Shown piece by piece: positions 42,558 to 56,478 of a DNA stretch of 64,000 bases (within the stretch, counting starts at the first letter, position 1; the number at the start of each line of letters is the position of its first letter). The DNA comes from Bigelowiella natans CCMP2755 (lineage: Eukaryota; Protista; Cercozoa). Where the stretch lies: NCBI GenBank assembly GCA_000320545.1, contig ADNK01001636.1, positions 52,495-116,494 on the forward strand, given 5' to 3'. The notes beneath the pieces were generated by a model that searched no databases, was not told the DNA's origin, and worked only from the letters and a program-made list of their open reading frames with translations. The position numbers and the translations under genes were made by a program.

Positions 42558-43074
42558 CAAACACACGCACACGTATCGGAACGCATAACACCCATCAGAG
42601 ACAACACTGAGACAATCTAGACAAATAGAACTACGAAAGAAGAAGAAGAAGAAGAAGAAGAAGAAGAAGCAGTAGACGCATTAAGAAGCAGCAAGCAGCA
42701 GGCCAAGAGATAATCACTACTACTCAAACCAACCGGAAGCATATTGCCGACTATTTCATTTCGATCATCCCAGCTCTCTCCGCCTCTCCCTGTAGGTGTC
42801 AGAATGTTCCTTGTATTCTCCTTCTCCCCCCCCTCCCCCTCCTCCTCCTCCTCCTCCTCCTCCTCCTCCTCCTCTTTTAGCCCCTCCAAAGAGTTGTCAT
42901 CCTGCTCCTGCTGCTGCGGCTGGAAGATCCGAGTAGGTTTGTAAACAACGAAGATATAACATCATCAACATCATATATGCCATCATCGAATTTGTTCTAC
43001 TTGTGGTCGTATACTCGTATATTATGGGATAACCGCCATCACCCGACGACCACGACAACAACAACAGCAACAAT

Positions 43075-43113
<39 letters not shown>

Positions 43114-43392
43114 GACTACGGCTACGGTTTCTACAAGCGCCGAGGAGGGGGGGTACCTTCGTCCTCCGCCGAGCCTGCTTCTTCTTTTCGAATTGGAACT
43201 TTGCAACGAGTGGAAGATGGTCTTTGGCCGATCCAATGAGTCGTTCAGAGATGATGATGACGCCGACGACGACGACAAAGAAGAAAAAAGAAGTTGAAGA
43301 AGAAGAAGTAGTAGTAGCAGAAGAAAAAATGGCAGTCAGGCGAAGGATGTCGAGGATACTCCTTTATCGTCGTCACCATTGTCATCATCACC

Positions 43393-43423
<31 letters not shown>

Positions 43424-43619
43424 CCATCATCATAAAGTTTTATTATTACACTAATACAACCAAAAGCTCTATATATGCTACTGCTTTGCATCCTCCTCCT
43501 CCTCTTTACTACTTATTGGTACTACCACCACTACTACCACTACCACGACTACTACCGCTACTACTACTACTACTACTACTACTACCATTATTTCTACTTC
43601 TCTGGTTATTAATAAATAC

Positions 43620-43650
<31 letters not shown>

Positions 43651-45272
43651 GCAATGATACCGGAAGGATGCCAATGGTTCGGGAAAAGCCCACTAGACTT
43701 CAGCGCTACCTTCTATAGAAAGAAGAGAACACGCACTCCATCTTAGCAGCAATGGCGATGACAGTGATGATGATGATGATGATTTAAAATAAGGATGCTG
43801 CTGCAGGCAGAAGAAGCTGTGGGCGACAACCTGTTCCCTTGTGAATGGATCTCGGACTGCCAGCAGCTTCATCGTATTCGGGGTGTAGAAGATGTAATCC
43901 ATGGTCAGGCCAAGGCCAGCGCTTCTATTGGTGCTTCCTTTGCTTGCTCGCCTGCATATATATGAGCGAATAATGTCAGCCATACAATAGATAAAAGGAT
44001 AGCAATTATAGTGCTGCTTGCTGTGCTACTGCTGCAGCTGCGCATGATGCTGATGATGACGATGATGATGATTCTGCAATAGAGGCAACAGCAGGCTTCA
44101 AACAAAGGACAACGGTGACGATGCTAATACCTAACGAACGTCGGGAAACGCCGACGCCTGGATTGAAGAGAGAGGAGGAGGGAGAGAGGAGAGAGAAAGA
44201 GAGAGGAGAGAATAAAGGATAAGAGGAAAACAGACGTTTAATGGAGATTAGAATTCAGTACGCAGTAATCATTCGTCGAAGAAAGAGCAAGAGGACAGAG
44301 CAGTGATGCTTATGTTTATGATGATCTTGATCAGTACACCAATGCACACATCTACTCACAAATAATGTTGGCATTGTAGCATCATCATCATCGTCATTAG
44401 CACTAAATCACTATCATCACTCACGTTTCTCTCAGGAACTTGTGAGAATCAGTGAGAACAATCTGTCAAGATGGGGGAGGAGGCGGAGGGGGGGCATGAA
44501 GGGAAATAGAAGAGAAAAGAGGCCAGAGAAGAGAGTTATTAGTTAATCTACAAGCATGAGAAAATTAGCAAAGTCAATATCGGTGCTGTCTTCAGAAGTT
44601 GCGTTTTCCTCGCTCCGTTCCCTCCTCCTCCCCCTCCTCACTATCTCCCTCAAACCTCATTTTCGAAGGCGAGATCGTTGCCTTTCATAGACAACGACGA
44701 TGACGATGATAGCAGCAGCAGCAGCAACAACAGCAAAAACGAAATCAAATTAGTTGGAGAACATGCGCGGGTAACTTTAAAATGTCATTTACGGCAAGCA
44801 CATGTTGGTGCTGTCAATGGCTTCGCCAATAACATGAATAGAGCAGTACCTTTGAAGAAATGCTCCACTTCCTCAGCGGTATTGTAACTGCGAGAAGGAG
44901 AAAAGGGTTGATGAAATAACGACAGGATGATGATGACAAAGCAGCCACAAAACAAGAAAAATAGGCCACAAAACAAGAAAAATAGGAGGCAATCGCTCGC
45001 CCCCCCCTCACCCCCCTCTTTGTGTGTGCCCTGTAAGTTATTCCGGTGTTGTTGTCGGATACTGGCAGTTTTTCTAGATATTCTGGCCACATAATACATG
45101 ACTAACCCCCTGGAAAGCAGCTGGCAGACCGGGTCACTTGGAGGACAGTTAAAATCACCTTTGAAAGAAGAAGAAGAAGAAGAAGAAGAAGAAGAAGCAA
45201 GGAAGAAGATGGCGGTAATGATGAAGGTTAGGTCATAGCAGCGCGTCCGTCTCTACTCCTCACAATGTCGTT

Positions 45273-45314
<42 letters not shown>

Positions 45315-45765
45315 ATTGTTGTGAATTCATCGCTTAAAAATACTACCGCAAACGAACAAGGCGACGTCCGATATATCGATATTGTGTCGAATCATATGCC
45401 ACCGCATGCGTCGTAGGGCAGATCTCATCTGCAGAACACGCGTGTGATGGACATTTACCCCTCCTGCGTATGCGAAACAACAACGGCAACGACAACAACA
45501 GCAACAACGCCGTCACATCCCCATTGCTGCTGACGACATCTCGACGAGTGGGCAAAACTGGGTGTGCATTCTGACCACATCTCAAAATAATGATCTCCGC
45601 TGCAAGATTTGGGCATGCGCTGAGAATCATTAGTGCTTCTTTTGTCTAATGACACTAAAAGCCGGGGGCGGGGGGGGGCGGGGGGTGGGACGGCATTTTC
45701 GTTCATTGTGGATTTCTACTATCTAATTTGCATTATGGTGATTATTGTGAGGAATAATGGAGCTG

Positions 45766-45802
<37 letters not shown>

Positions 45803-46953
45803 ACCAGCAGAGCCTCCGCATTGGAGATGGCAGTTGGCAATGTAAATCATCTGCCCGTATTGCGTCATTGGCTGCGGAATCCGTTCTATCCCCCCCCCAG
45901 GGGAGGGCACACCGCCTTCTATTAGGAGATCGCTTGCTCCAGCGGAAACGTAGTCGGTGGCTGTTGCTACCGTTGACGCTGCGAATCCCTCCTCTGCAAT
46001 TCCTCCTACCCCCGCATCTTCTACCCCCTCTTCCCCTTCTTCATCTGCGAAAGCGCCTTCTCTCATTGCCGCAGTCAAGCAACCGCTGTCGCCACCATCC
46101 TCCTTATCATCATCATTTCTTTCATTATCATCATGTGCTCTTGCACGGCCGACTCCGCCTGTCCTCTTTTCTTCTTCCTTTGTCCCTTCTCTGTCATCAT
46201 CATCTTCGTCGTCATCGTTTTGGGTGTAGTTAGCGTCGCTGCTACGTTCGCCTTCGATTTTCGTGTTGATGGATGTAGTTTTTTTAGCATATCCCTCGCC
46301 AGACGATGAGGAGGAGGGATCATCCGCATTTTCCTACGACGAATCCCAAATGTGCAAACATCGCACACACACACACGTGAGTATGTATTAATCTTTGCCA
46401 AATTCATATCATTCCGGTTGATAGTGCCATTTACTTTCAGTATAGTAGTGGTAGTAGTAGTGATAGTAGTAGTATTGGTGGTGGTAGTGGTTATAGCATT
46501 CGTGCACTACCCTGATCTCCAGGGCGATCAACGTCGTTCGGCTTCTCGGATTATGCCAATGCAACATGAATTTGCTCCTTTGAAGGGGGAGGGGCAAGAA
46601 GGGGGATGAAGGAAAGGCTTCGGGATAACACAGATTGCCACACACAAACCTGTCTACGGTCGATGGCACTATATCGTAGTAGACAAGCACACACGCATAC
46701 AGGCACGTATGCTACAGGTAATCATCAAACATATGCTAATTACTAGACCTCCTTCTCCTCCCACCACTACTTCTTCATCATGCATCATTGCGACCAAAAA
46801 CAACTGCCGCTAGCGTGGATACCTCTTGAAGAAAATGGAGGGCTTTGTGTGGCCGTGGTCGATGTCTCGAGTGTTTTTGGCTTGGGGGAAAGTGAGAATA
46901 AAAAGAATGTGTGAATAAAAACAGCAACATTCAATCTCTCCATCTCCCTCTTT

Positions 46954-46991
<38 letters not shown>

Positions 46992-48827
46992 CATTATATA
47001 ATCATTCATACCGGACGGGGGAACCGTGTCGTAGCCAAGCAAGCTCATATGCTCGGCGAAGTCGCTCTCAAAGGTCTCTATATCCGCCTGACATTCCGTG
47101 AATTAGGGGGGGGGTGAGGTACAGCAGCAGCAGCAGCATCAGCAGGGAGAATAACAGGAGTAAAATAAGAGGCGCTGCCTGTGAGAGCCGCTTCAATTTA
47201 TTATATTAATATTTTTTAGTTGTAGGGTTTGTTTTGCGTGCCACTCGCGGTCGTTTCCCCTCCCATACTCCCCATTCAATGTGCCTCTCTTCTGCGCACC
47301 TCCTGCAAGCAGATTATGTCTGTGTTCAGGTCTCTCAGCACTCCTTGCAGCAGCGCCAATCGATGCTCCCAGTCCGCATGCTCTGCAACGATGGAGAAGA
47401 AAAATATGATGATGATGGTGATAAGAAATTTATGCGATACGGATGCAATAACATAGCAATTCCTATTCTCTCGCATCGTCCTTCTCCCCCCCCCCCCCCC
47501 CCCTTCCCTCTTTCTCCTTCCATTCTTGGAACAGGTCGTTTGGTCACTCATAGAGAAGTGGACTGACCAGGAAGCACCCAAGGCTTCTTGCTGAAGTTGA
47601 AGTTCTTCTGTAAGATATTGAACGTGGCAATCGAAACCTGAAATAGATGGGTATACACACATCGAGAGGAATTAGGAGAAATGGCTCGAAGATTGGTTTC
47701 GTTCTTTCGATAATTTGGATGTCCTTTTCATGATTTCCTCGTGTTATCACCCCACAAGGCACAAAGGTGGACAGAACTAGGAGAAGGACATCGACAGACG
47801 ACATGCAGCTGGATATGAGGCAGATAATACATACACCATCCTATTTTATGTTGTATTACCTCTGTGTTTTTGTCGCAATTAGGAAACTTACGCCCTGGTG
47901 TGGAAATTAGGGCGATATTTGAGCGAGGGTTGGAAGCGAGGCGCAAGTAATCCAAAGATCGTGGAGCAGATAACGTGAAGCAAACAATGATGATAAAGGA
48001 TGCAGATTCTACAGTCGATAAGGATGGTATTACCCGCTGTGTAGATTCGAACGCCATGAGATTTCACGTACGACTGCTTGCGCTTCTGGTTGTATTTATT
48101 TGACGAAGGCGTGGAGGATGCGGCGGCAGAGGAGCTCGATTGTCTTGCCCTCAGCGCCTTTGTATTCAATCACAAACAGGAAAGTGTCTACCTTAGCATT
48201 TACGTAAATACATCGAACAACTCGCAGATCAGGGAATGCGCAGATCATAATGCTGGAAATTTGAGCATAAATCTTCGTGATAACCTCGATTCTATTTAGC
48301 CGATTGGTGCTGCACAATCTTCGTCTCCTTGGTGCTGATAGTCTCGAAGCTTCATTTGCTCCAAAGTTAATCTTTGACTGAACAGTCCTGCTTCGCTGCA
48401 CTGGAAGTGAGTAACCCCCCATATATCCTGTGTATGAGAGGACATGTTCCACACCATCACAACCTACATAAAACTTGAAAACTCTTTGCTCAATGGATAA
48501 TACAGTATTCAATTTAAATATCGGTGGAAATTCCAGGTAGTTGAAATGATGGGGGGGAAGGTAAGTTCTTCTTTCATTACTGGAAGTCTTAGTCTTGGAA
48601 CTGATTGATAGGCCAAGGACTGTTATACTCAGTATCCAACCTAAGTAAAGAGGGAAGTGGAAAACAGTAGCATTCAGAAAAGAGAGAGATGTTATATGTG
48701 AGCTCCTCATCTTCCTGGGACTGCACTCTAACAAACTCAGATTTATAATTCGTAGAACTACATGTGGCTCTTGCCATTCCCCTATGCCGACGGGACAGCC
48801 GACGACTATAGTCCACGGTGTGGCCAT
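40555..48827 (-). CDS. CCR4/nocturnin/PDE12-like endonuclease-exonuclease-phosphatase (EEP) family protein with C-terminal extension
   Basis: Exon motifs DIICLQE (~47300), IANCHL (~45830), GDFN (~45155), MDYIFY (~43895) and FPNHWHPS|DHLPLVAKF (43661/43222). N-terminal CPVGIGEWQEPHVVLR resembles the plant CCR4/PDE12 N-terminal domain. Confidence 0.88.
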
Positions 48828-49478
48828 CCATTGCCACTGCCTTTTTTCAGCTGCCAGCGGAGGCGTCCTGCATCTCCACAGTAGCCATTGTTTGACCGGA
48901 AAAGTTGAAGTGGTTGCCGATTAAATCATTCCAAAGCCAATTGAAAATTAACGAATGAATAACTAGAAAAATGCAATATTTTTCATGTCGTACAATGAAA
49001 ATAGATCCATTTTCCACAACTTAATTACCACCGTTTCATATCAGATGTTCTCGGCTTCATTTTCCATCCTGGTTGATCAAGAATCCTTGGGAGGGAAAAC
49101 AAGAGCCGAGAATATCTTCAATAATAATGTATAGATTATAACGAAAACATCCTATAAATTTAATGCTACTTTTCGATCTTTCACAACTGATTCCCCAGAG
49201 CGAACTCTGGAGGACATCAACCTGATGACGATGCGCAGGACCACGGAATGAAATGGCTTCTGCTGCAGCCGCCGTATCACCCCCTTTGAGGGGTGATGAT
49301 TCGTAACAAGGGGCATAAGAGGGCGAGTTCTGCCGTCACCGTCGTCCTCTGCGTGTGGGGAATTTTGCTTATTTTTTGGTAGTGAATATGCTGGAATCTT
49401 TTCGTTTCCATTAGCTCTTAACACACAGTTCTCCCTATCAGCCCAGTCGCACGAGTGCCTTCGGCTCGGCGGAACTCG

Positions 49479-50381
49479 ATGGAAGGTAACGATCCCTTCT
49501 CACACCTGGGTGCGGAGGTTCGCCAGCAGCAGAAAAGACACGTTGAAGGGGTACGTGGACAAAGAAACAACATCGAGTCGAAAACGCCGCACTGGCTGGT
49601 TACATTTGCCACGGCTTGAATCCACCTCTGTATGTGTTCCTCCGTGTGGTTCTCCACTATTAGTTGCAGGAATTCCAGCGCAAGCGACGAATGAAATTTT
49701 TAGACCAGCAACCCTCGAAGGTAGGGAATGGCACTCCGTACTCAAAATAGCACGCTGAGCAGCAGCAGCAGCAGCTAAAGTATTTGATATGAGATGGTGT
49801 TTTCTTTCGACAGACTCGTCGTCTACAGAATCATCGTGTCAATATTCGATTGGGCCCGAATATCCTCAAGCCGCGTACAAGCTCTCCTAACTCCGAAGAA
49901 GCAGCGGGAGGTTACAACGTCCTACAGCGACAGGCTAGCGGTGCCAGCAATGTTAATACGCATGAGGACGATGATGCAATGGAGGAAGACACGCCAAATT
50001 ACGAGTCTTACGGAGGAGATATCGCGAAAAAGGAGGGCCGCGGGTTGGGGGATGGAAAGGGTTTCAACTTTCAGCAACACAGGAGCAGCGGTGGCCTCCT
50101 TGGTAGACACAATGGCGAGTGCAGTGTGGCAGCGTCGTGGAAGCAACAACATCGACAGCACTCCAACAAGGGCTCCTTATCTGTGTGAGTATTTTAAATA
50201 GAAGGAGTGGGTTAGTAAAAGAGGAAATCGCGTGCCTGCCCTTTCTCTCCCGTTCCCCTCGTTTCATTTCATAGAACGAATTTGTGAGAACCAAAAACTA
50301 GATTAGTCCTTATCATCCGCACATTGATTGACTATTAAAGCGCTGTTAGCCCCTGTAGGAGGATAACAATTTATGTATTCC

Positions 50382-50425
<44 letters not shown>

Positions 50426-52454
50426 GTGTCAAGATATGGGACTTCTTCCAAGGCAGCGAGAGGAGAGCTGATGATAGTAAGAATGGGGGGAGGGGAGAGG
50501 TCGTAGGAAGGAAGGAATAACGAAAGAGAGAAGAGAAGGAATGAGAGAGAGACGTTTACCTCAGTTCCTCCTCGTTTATCCTGTCCATTGTCACCATCAC
50601 TAACGGCTACATCGGCTCACAGTAGAGTATGTGCACAAAGCCAATATTCGCTGTCGTCGTGCGAAAATTATACACGTAGTTTGAGTAGTACTTCCTTCTT
50701 TGCCCCTCCCCCCTCGACACATTAGCCTGAATGGATGATCGATGCCCCTAAGAATCTTGCGCAAGATTGGTATGTTGCATCAAGGCCAGAGGTCAGTAGT
50801 AGTAGTAGTAGTAGTTAGTCTAGGAGTAGCAGAGTGGAAATAGGGCGTTGTACCACGTCTTTCTCCTCTCCTCTATTTCTCCCTCTTTTCCTCCCTCACA
50901 CCTTCATCCTTTTCTTCCTCCTCTTTTATTAGGGCATACGTTGCTTGGTGGTGTCGGGGGGGGGCAAGACGACAGCTTTTGCAGAGGTACCGCTGTTGCC
51001 ATTAGCGAAGAATATTTTGTGGGATGTACAAAATGCATGATGACATTCACACGGTCGTCGATTGTTCCCAAAACAGCACGGAGGCCATATGGCCAGCTTC
51101 CGAACCGTCCTTCCGGGGGGTGGGTCAAGCTCTCGAAAGCGGGAGGAAGATGGAGATGATAGCGGTAGCGATAGCGATTGGAACAAAGGTTGATGCGAGT
51201 GCGCGCTGCCAGTGCTGCCCCCCCCCTGCATCGAACACGACATATGCATGCAGTGCACCAATGCACGTCGATTGCGCGTGCTGCTGTGTTGCCGCGTCTA
51301 TGTGCCGTAGAGATCGAAAGCTTTTGTAGATGACGAGAGTGAACTTTTTCTTCTTCTTCTTGTCGTTGTTCTCCTTGTTGTTCTTCTTCTAATCCTGCAG
51401 GTCGAAGTGATCTGCACCAATCATGCGTCTGTGACTGCGTTAGATACGTGGATCAAGGTGATGCGTATTGGAAGTTGCGGGGAGAGCGTCGCACGCCATA
51501 ACACATCATCATTATCATCATCATCACCACCACCATGGCATCTATTTTACTCACAAACTTTCTCTCCTTTCCCACAATGTCCCGTCGTCGTCGTCGTCGT
51601 CGTCGCCATAACACTTCTTCTTCTCGCCGAATTTGACGACGCTGATATCGTGTGCATACGCGAATGAATCAGAGGGACGTTCAGTACTCTACGTTGCCGA
51701 TGTGATGGTTTGGTGCGGCTACTCACTATACGACACGGACTTCGAGTTTCGTAACTATTGGCTTCATCAAAAGCTGCAGAGCCCAGAACTATCAGGGGAT
51801 TTTCCCCCACCCCCCCCCGCGACAAAGATCAGCAACATTTCTTCTGATGGTGAGGAGCACCAAACGAGGCAGGACGCATTTTCGAATCCTTCTTCTTTCC
51901 TCTCTCTCTCTCTCTCTCTCTCTCCGTCTGTCTCTCGCTGCATCATTCGTACAACTAGCAGGATGAATGGGAAATAGCGCCGATGAAAGAGGCGTGTTGC
52001 TCACCACTGCTCTAGCTCATCTCCCGTTCTTTTGGTTTAATTCCGTCGCGGCTGCCTCTCTCACGACTAACTTGCGTATATAGCGGCAGAGAAGCGCACG
52101 CTTGCACACGTTCCCATCCGGCTCTTACACTGGGGAAAGGCCAGCGGAACGCAGGTGTGGCAGTGCTACGCCGATGGACCAGGATACATCAAAGACGGGC
52201 TAATCTTCGCGCACAGACAGGTCGTTGTCGTTGTCATTGCTGCCTTTCCTTGTTTGGATGTTAGATAGACGCGCGTACTAGTGGGAGAGAGAAAGAGAGA
52301 GAATCATTGTAGTTATCGGCTGCTGGCATCATCTTTACCTTTATTTCGTTCCCAAATATCACGCAGTGCGCGTACCTTCCTGGCGAGCCATCACCTCTCC
52401 TCCTGAGATGGAAGGTATTGTCTGTCATGCGACGATTGGAATATGCGGAGTCAA

Positions 52455-52505
<51 letters not shown>

Positions 52506-52845
52506 TTGAATTATAGGTCTGATGCACATTTATTCTCCCCTGTGCCTAACTGGTTGTTTTTCCAGGATCAGAGGTGCTCTCGGTACCCCATTGACACGTT
52601 GAAGAATGGAACGGCACTGCCAACGCAACGTGCGCTGCTGAGGTGGCCAAGCGAGTGGAGAGCAAGATCTTGCCGACTGACTGGCGCAACAACATTAGCA
52701 AAACTAAAGCTTTGATTGTAATGATGCTGAGTACATTGTTTTTACGTGTGGATATGTGTGTGCTCGCTTCTTTGTATTCTATGTGCGTTTTATGCAGGGT
52801 CCTTCATGATGGCGTTTCCCTGGGTAGGATGCCCCTATTTTGTCT

Positions 52846-52884
<39 letters not shown>

Positions 52885-54263
52885 TCTCTCCTCTCGCCAC
52901 TTGATTGTCTTCATATCACCAAGTCCAACCATTGTATATCTAACATGATGATTGCTGGTGCGCAGGCACAAGCGATATCCCACCGGTCGTTGTTGGGTTC
53001 CTGAACTACGCACTTCGGCAGCAAAGAGTAGTAGTAGTAGTAGTAGTAGTAGAAGTGTGTAATTTGTAGTAACGCGAAGAGGACATACTATGGACGATTT
53101 CGTCTGTGTAAACATAAGCAGCCATGAGTAGGCTGTGTGAGCACGCTGTGCACGAAACGCTTTTATCGTCGCAGATTCGAGTGACAAGAGAATGGCTCGT
53201 GACAAATCTGCGTGATATGCTGTGTTCAGACTAGTCTGTGTGTTGCAACGCGAGTGATGCATAGAGTAGGGAAACGAGGGGGGGGGGGAGGGGGGGGGCA
53301 ATGAAAGACAAGCTTTGCATCTCCAATAAACGTTAATAATAAGCAATTGCTCGTGATGTGTTTGATAAGAACCGATCTGGATCTCTAGTGCAAGCGGAGA
53401 TTGGCCCTGGAGGCATGTGGGTGGCTGCCAGCGACCAACAGCAACCACAACAAAATCAGCAGCAGCAGCAGCAGCCACGACAACAGCAACCCGGTAGCGT
53501 AGTATTACGGGGATACAAAGGCATCAGCGGCGGCAACGGGGAAACAGGAATCGTCGGTGCGGATTTAGCCAGGATGCGAATTCTACCATCGTATAGGTGA
53601 TTGATCCGAGAGACGCTTGAGCCGAATTGCGTAATGTATGCTCATTACTTGTGTTTGGCGAGTCGCCTGCGCGAAGGCGGTGTATACTATAATCATCATC
53701 GTTTTCTGTGGTCCTCATCCCCGTCCTCACTCCCCCTCCTCCCCCCTCTTCCTCCTCTTAAAATACGTCATATCTTTGCAGGGAACCATTTACGCTCTCG
53801 CGCATGCTCTTCCAGTATTTAGCAAGGTTAGTGAAAGCGAGGTGTGCAAGTCGAGAAGAGACACACCTATCAGCTGATGTGTAGCGAATGAGTATAGCAT
53901 AGTGGCCAACCTTTTTCGGGCCAGCAGTATTTGAGGACATGCATGCATTCGACATCTATCGATATTTTGGGCTATTTTTTTTTAATTTTAACATTAAAAT
54001 GGTTTATCGGAAGGCAAAATCCTGTTACGATCGGCATGGTTATTGAGGCTACTCGCAAAGATTCACGTGGCCTGGCCCCTCCTCCCCCCGGGACAAGCAT
54101 CTCAGCGGAGGGCAATGGCGCCTCTCATTCCCACACACAAATAGCAAACTTTAATTCGGATGGTGTACGAAGTCATTATCATCCGCCTCCTGACGAGGTC
54201 CCAGCAGGCGAGCGTGTAATGGACATCGACGACCTGAAGTATGACCTGATGAACACTGTATAG
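49479..54263 (+). CDS. SNUPN: Snurportin-1 (m3G-cap snRNP import adaptor)
   Basis: IBB-like QRKRRMKFLDQQ; PEWMIDAPKNLAQDWYVASRPE|GIRCLVVS; FRTVLPGG; YVADVMVWCGYSLYDTDFEFRNYWLHQKL; DGLIFAHRQ; YLPGEPSPLLLRWK|DQRCSRYPIDT. All match the snurportin-1 cap-binding domain. Confidence 0.9.
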
Positions 54264-54284
54264 TAATAAGCTAAGATGACTTAA

Positions 54285-54320
<36 letters not shown>

Positions 54321-54919
54321 GGAGATGATGAGCCATGTAATAGCCATGAAGAAAAGACACGAAGTACATGCGTTGTGCTGCGATGTGTCGCCATAGCATT
54401 GCCACGCTACGCGCCGTGCATGTGTACTATGTGCCATGCAATGCATGATGCCTACACGTAGCAAACAGTACACCGCTATTGATTCTATCGGATGAGACGG
54501 ATGTAATAAATAAGTTAAATTTGTTCAATTGTCATCCTAATGCAGCTGCTTTGCAAGACGGATGTAATGAATTAAATTAAATTTGTTTGTGGACTCTAAC
54601 GTTAGACTAATTTTCCGCACATTTTCTAGCATCATATTGCCACAGCTTCAGTATCTTGCTAGCATCGTACGTAATCACACCTCGTACGATGTCCACATGC
54701 AGGCAAATAGCTGGCACATCCAGTTTAGAAGGACAGCTGTGATTCATCGTCAGCAGTCATGAGCGCATGCAGAATTGCACTAAGTAAACCAATTTGGCAT
54801 TTCATGATCTAGGAATGTGTAACAGGTGGCTTCAATGCTGGCTCCACAGCATCGCTAATTTGTGAGCGACCAACGTCGCTGCCGCCGTGTTATGACCGCA
54901 TGCATGCCCCACACTAGCC

Positions 54920-55128
54920 ACATTTTATTTCCCTACTATCCGCAGTAGCAAAAATTGCAAAAATGCGTAACATTAAATTTTGCCTATGTGATGTGCCTAT
55001 GTATATGTGATTCTCACCATGTTATTTTAGCAATTCAGTTCAACGTACAGTAGGTCGTCAGTAGGCAAATTTTCACTTTGCGCATTTTCGCAATTTGGGC
55101 TACTGCCGATGGTAGGGAATTGAAATGT
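54920..55128. repeat. Imperfect inverted repeat (foldback, MITE-like)
   Basis: Arms 54920-54986 and 55062-55128 are 67 bp each, 55/67 complementary without gaps, with a 75-bp spacer. Confidence 0.8.
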
Positions 55129-55677
55129 AGGGTGTGGTCACAACACGGCGGGCGGACTACTACTCGGTCCCTTGCAACTACCGTGTTTTGCACGCACATC
55201 ATTCCTAGGCACAGCGCGCGCGTGAATGCAGGCTTTGTGAGTGCGTGTGCATGCGCCACACACCCTGGCTGACAAGCGCATGCATCCATTGCGCTCTTCT
55301 TAAATCATTTTTACGTTATTTCTTCAGTTATAATTTACTTTTTCACATTGTTTCAGATTTGTACAAAATGTGCGTCACTATCCGTCTAAGCCCATGACAG
55401 CGTGCACTTGTAGTAATTAGAGTATTCACCAAGAGAGCAGTCTCCAATCCATATCAGCGTCAGGAGGTTTCTTAAATTTATTATCTCGACTGCCGGAGAG
55501 ACTCTCTTTTACCCATCAGTACGGCTAACATGTTCTTAATCATTTAGCATTTTAGCAACAGAAAAAAGTGAATGTACAGATCTAAATAGTGTACAAAATG
55601 TACAAACCTCATCGAAAACAATCTCGCCCCATTTTCTATTGCTAACCACAAATTGTAAGAATTTGCTCACCTGGCTA

Positions 55678-56445
55678 TCAATTTTTAGCTTCATCAGCTT
55701 CCTCTACAGTATCATCTCTTTCACCAGTCTCCGCAGGCTGATATTTTACACCAATTCCCGGAAAGGTAGAGAAGAGAAAATACTCAATCGAGTGACAGCT
55801 CGGGAGAATGCGGCGAGCAGCATGCAATCATCTAGACGCATGAACGACGAAGACAACATCACTGTTCTCTTCGTTCTTCATACATCCTGATTTGGTGTCT
55901 GTTGAAAAGAAAGATAACTTTCTATTATGAAGAAATTGCCTGTTCGACAGCGTTTGCACTCTTCTCTTCCCCCTCCACCACAGGCTCCTCTGCCACAGCT
56001 TCCTCGTTCTCATGCTCCTCCTCCTCCTCTGCGTTCCTGGAGCGTTGGCTCATATCTTCGTCTTCTCCGCTTTCATTGTGGATCGACATAATACTGAATT
56101 GCGATGTTGCTTTCTTGATGGGAGTGGCAACAACGGACGACATTCTACTTAGGCTTTGCAGCCGAGAAAACCTGCCGGAATTTAAATCCAAACTCAGATT
56201 GCGGTCGAAATCAGCGACGTGCTCCATAAACAGTTCGCCGTAGGTTTTCACCATCTTCACACCGTCCATCGTCAATACCTGTAGGATAAGTAGTAGTTAG
56301 GAATGCAGCGTTATGGATACACGGGTGGACACGTTCCGACAACTTCCAAAAATTGTAGAGTCTTTCTTGCTGCTACTTGGTATTTTTCCTTTTATTCTAG
56401 AGGACTAAAATGCACCAAAAAATTCAATCTCTCTCTCTCTCTCTA

Positions 56446-56478
<33 letters not shown>

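Noticed and set aside
42700-42745. LPVGLSSSDYL as a catalytically dead SDH-to-SDY motif of the CCR4-like gene
   Set aside because: The real motif is intact but split by an intron: FPNHWHPS (~43661) | DHLPLVAKF (~43222).
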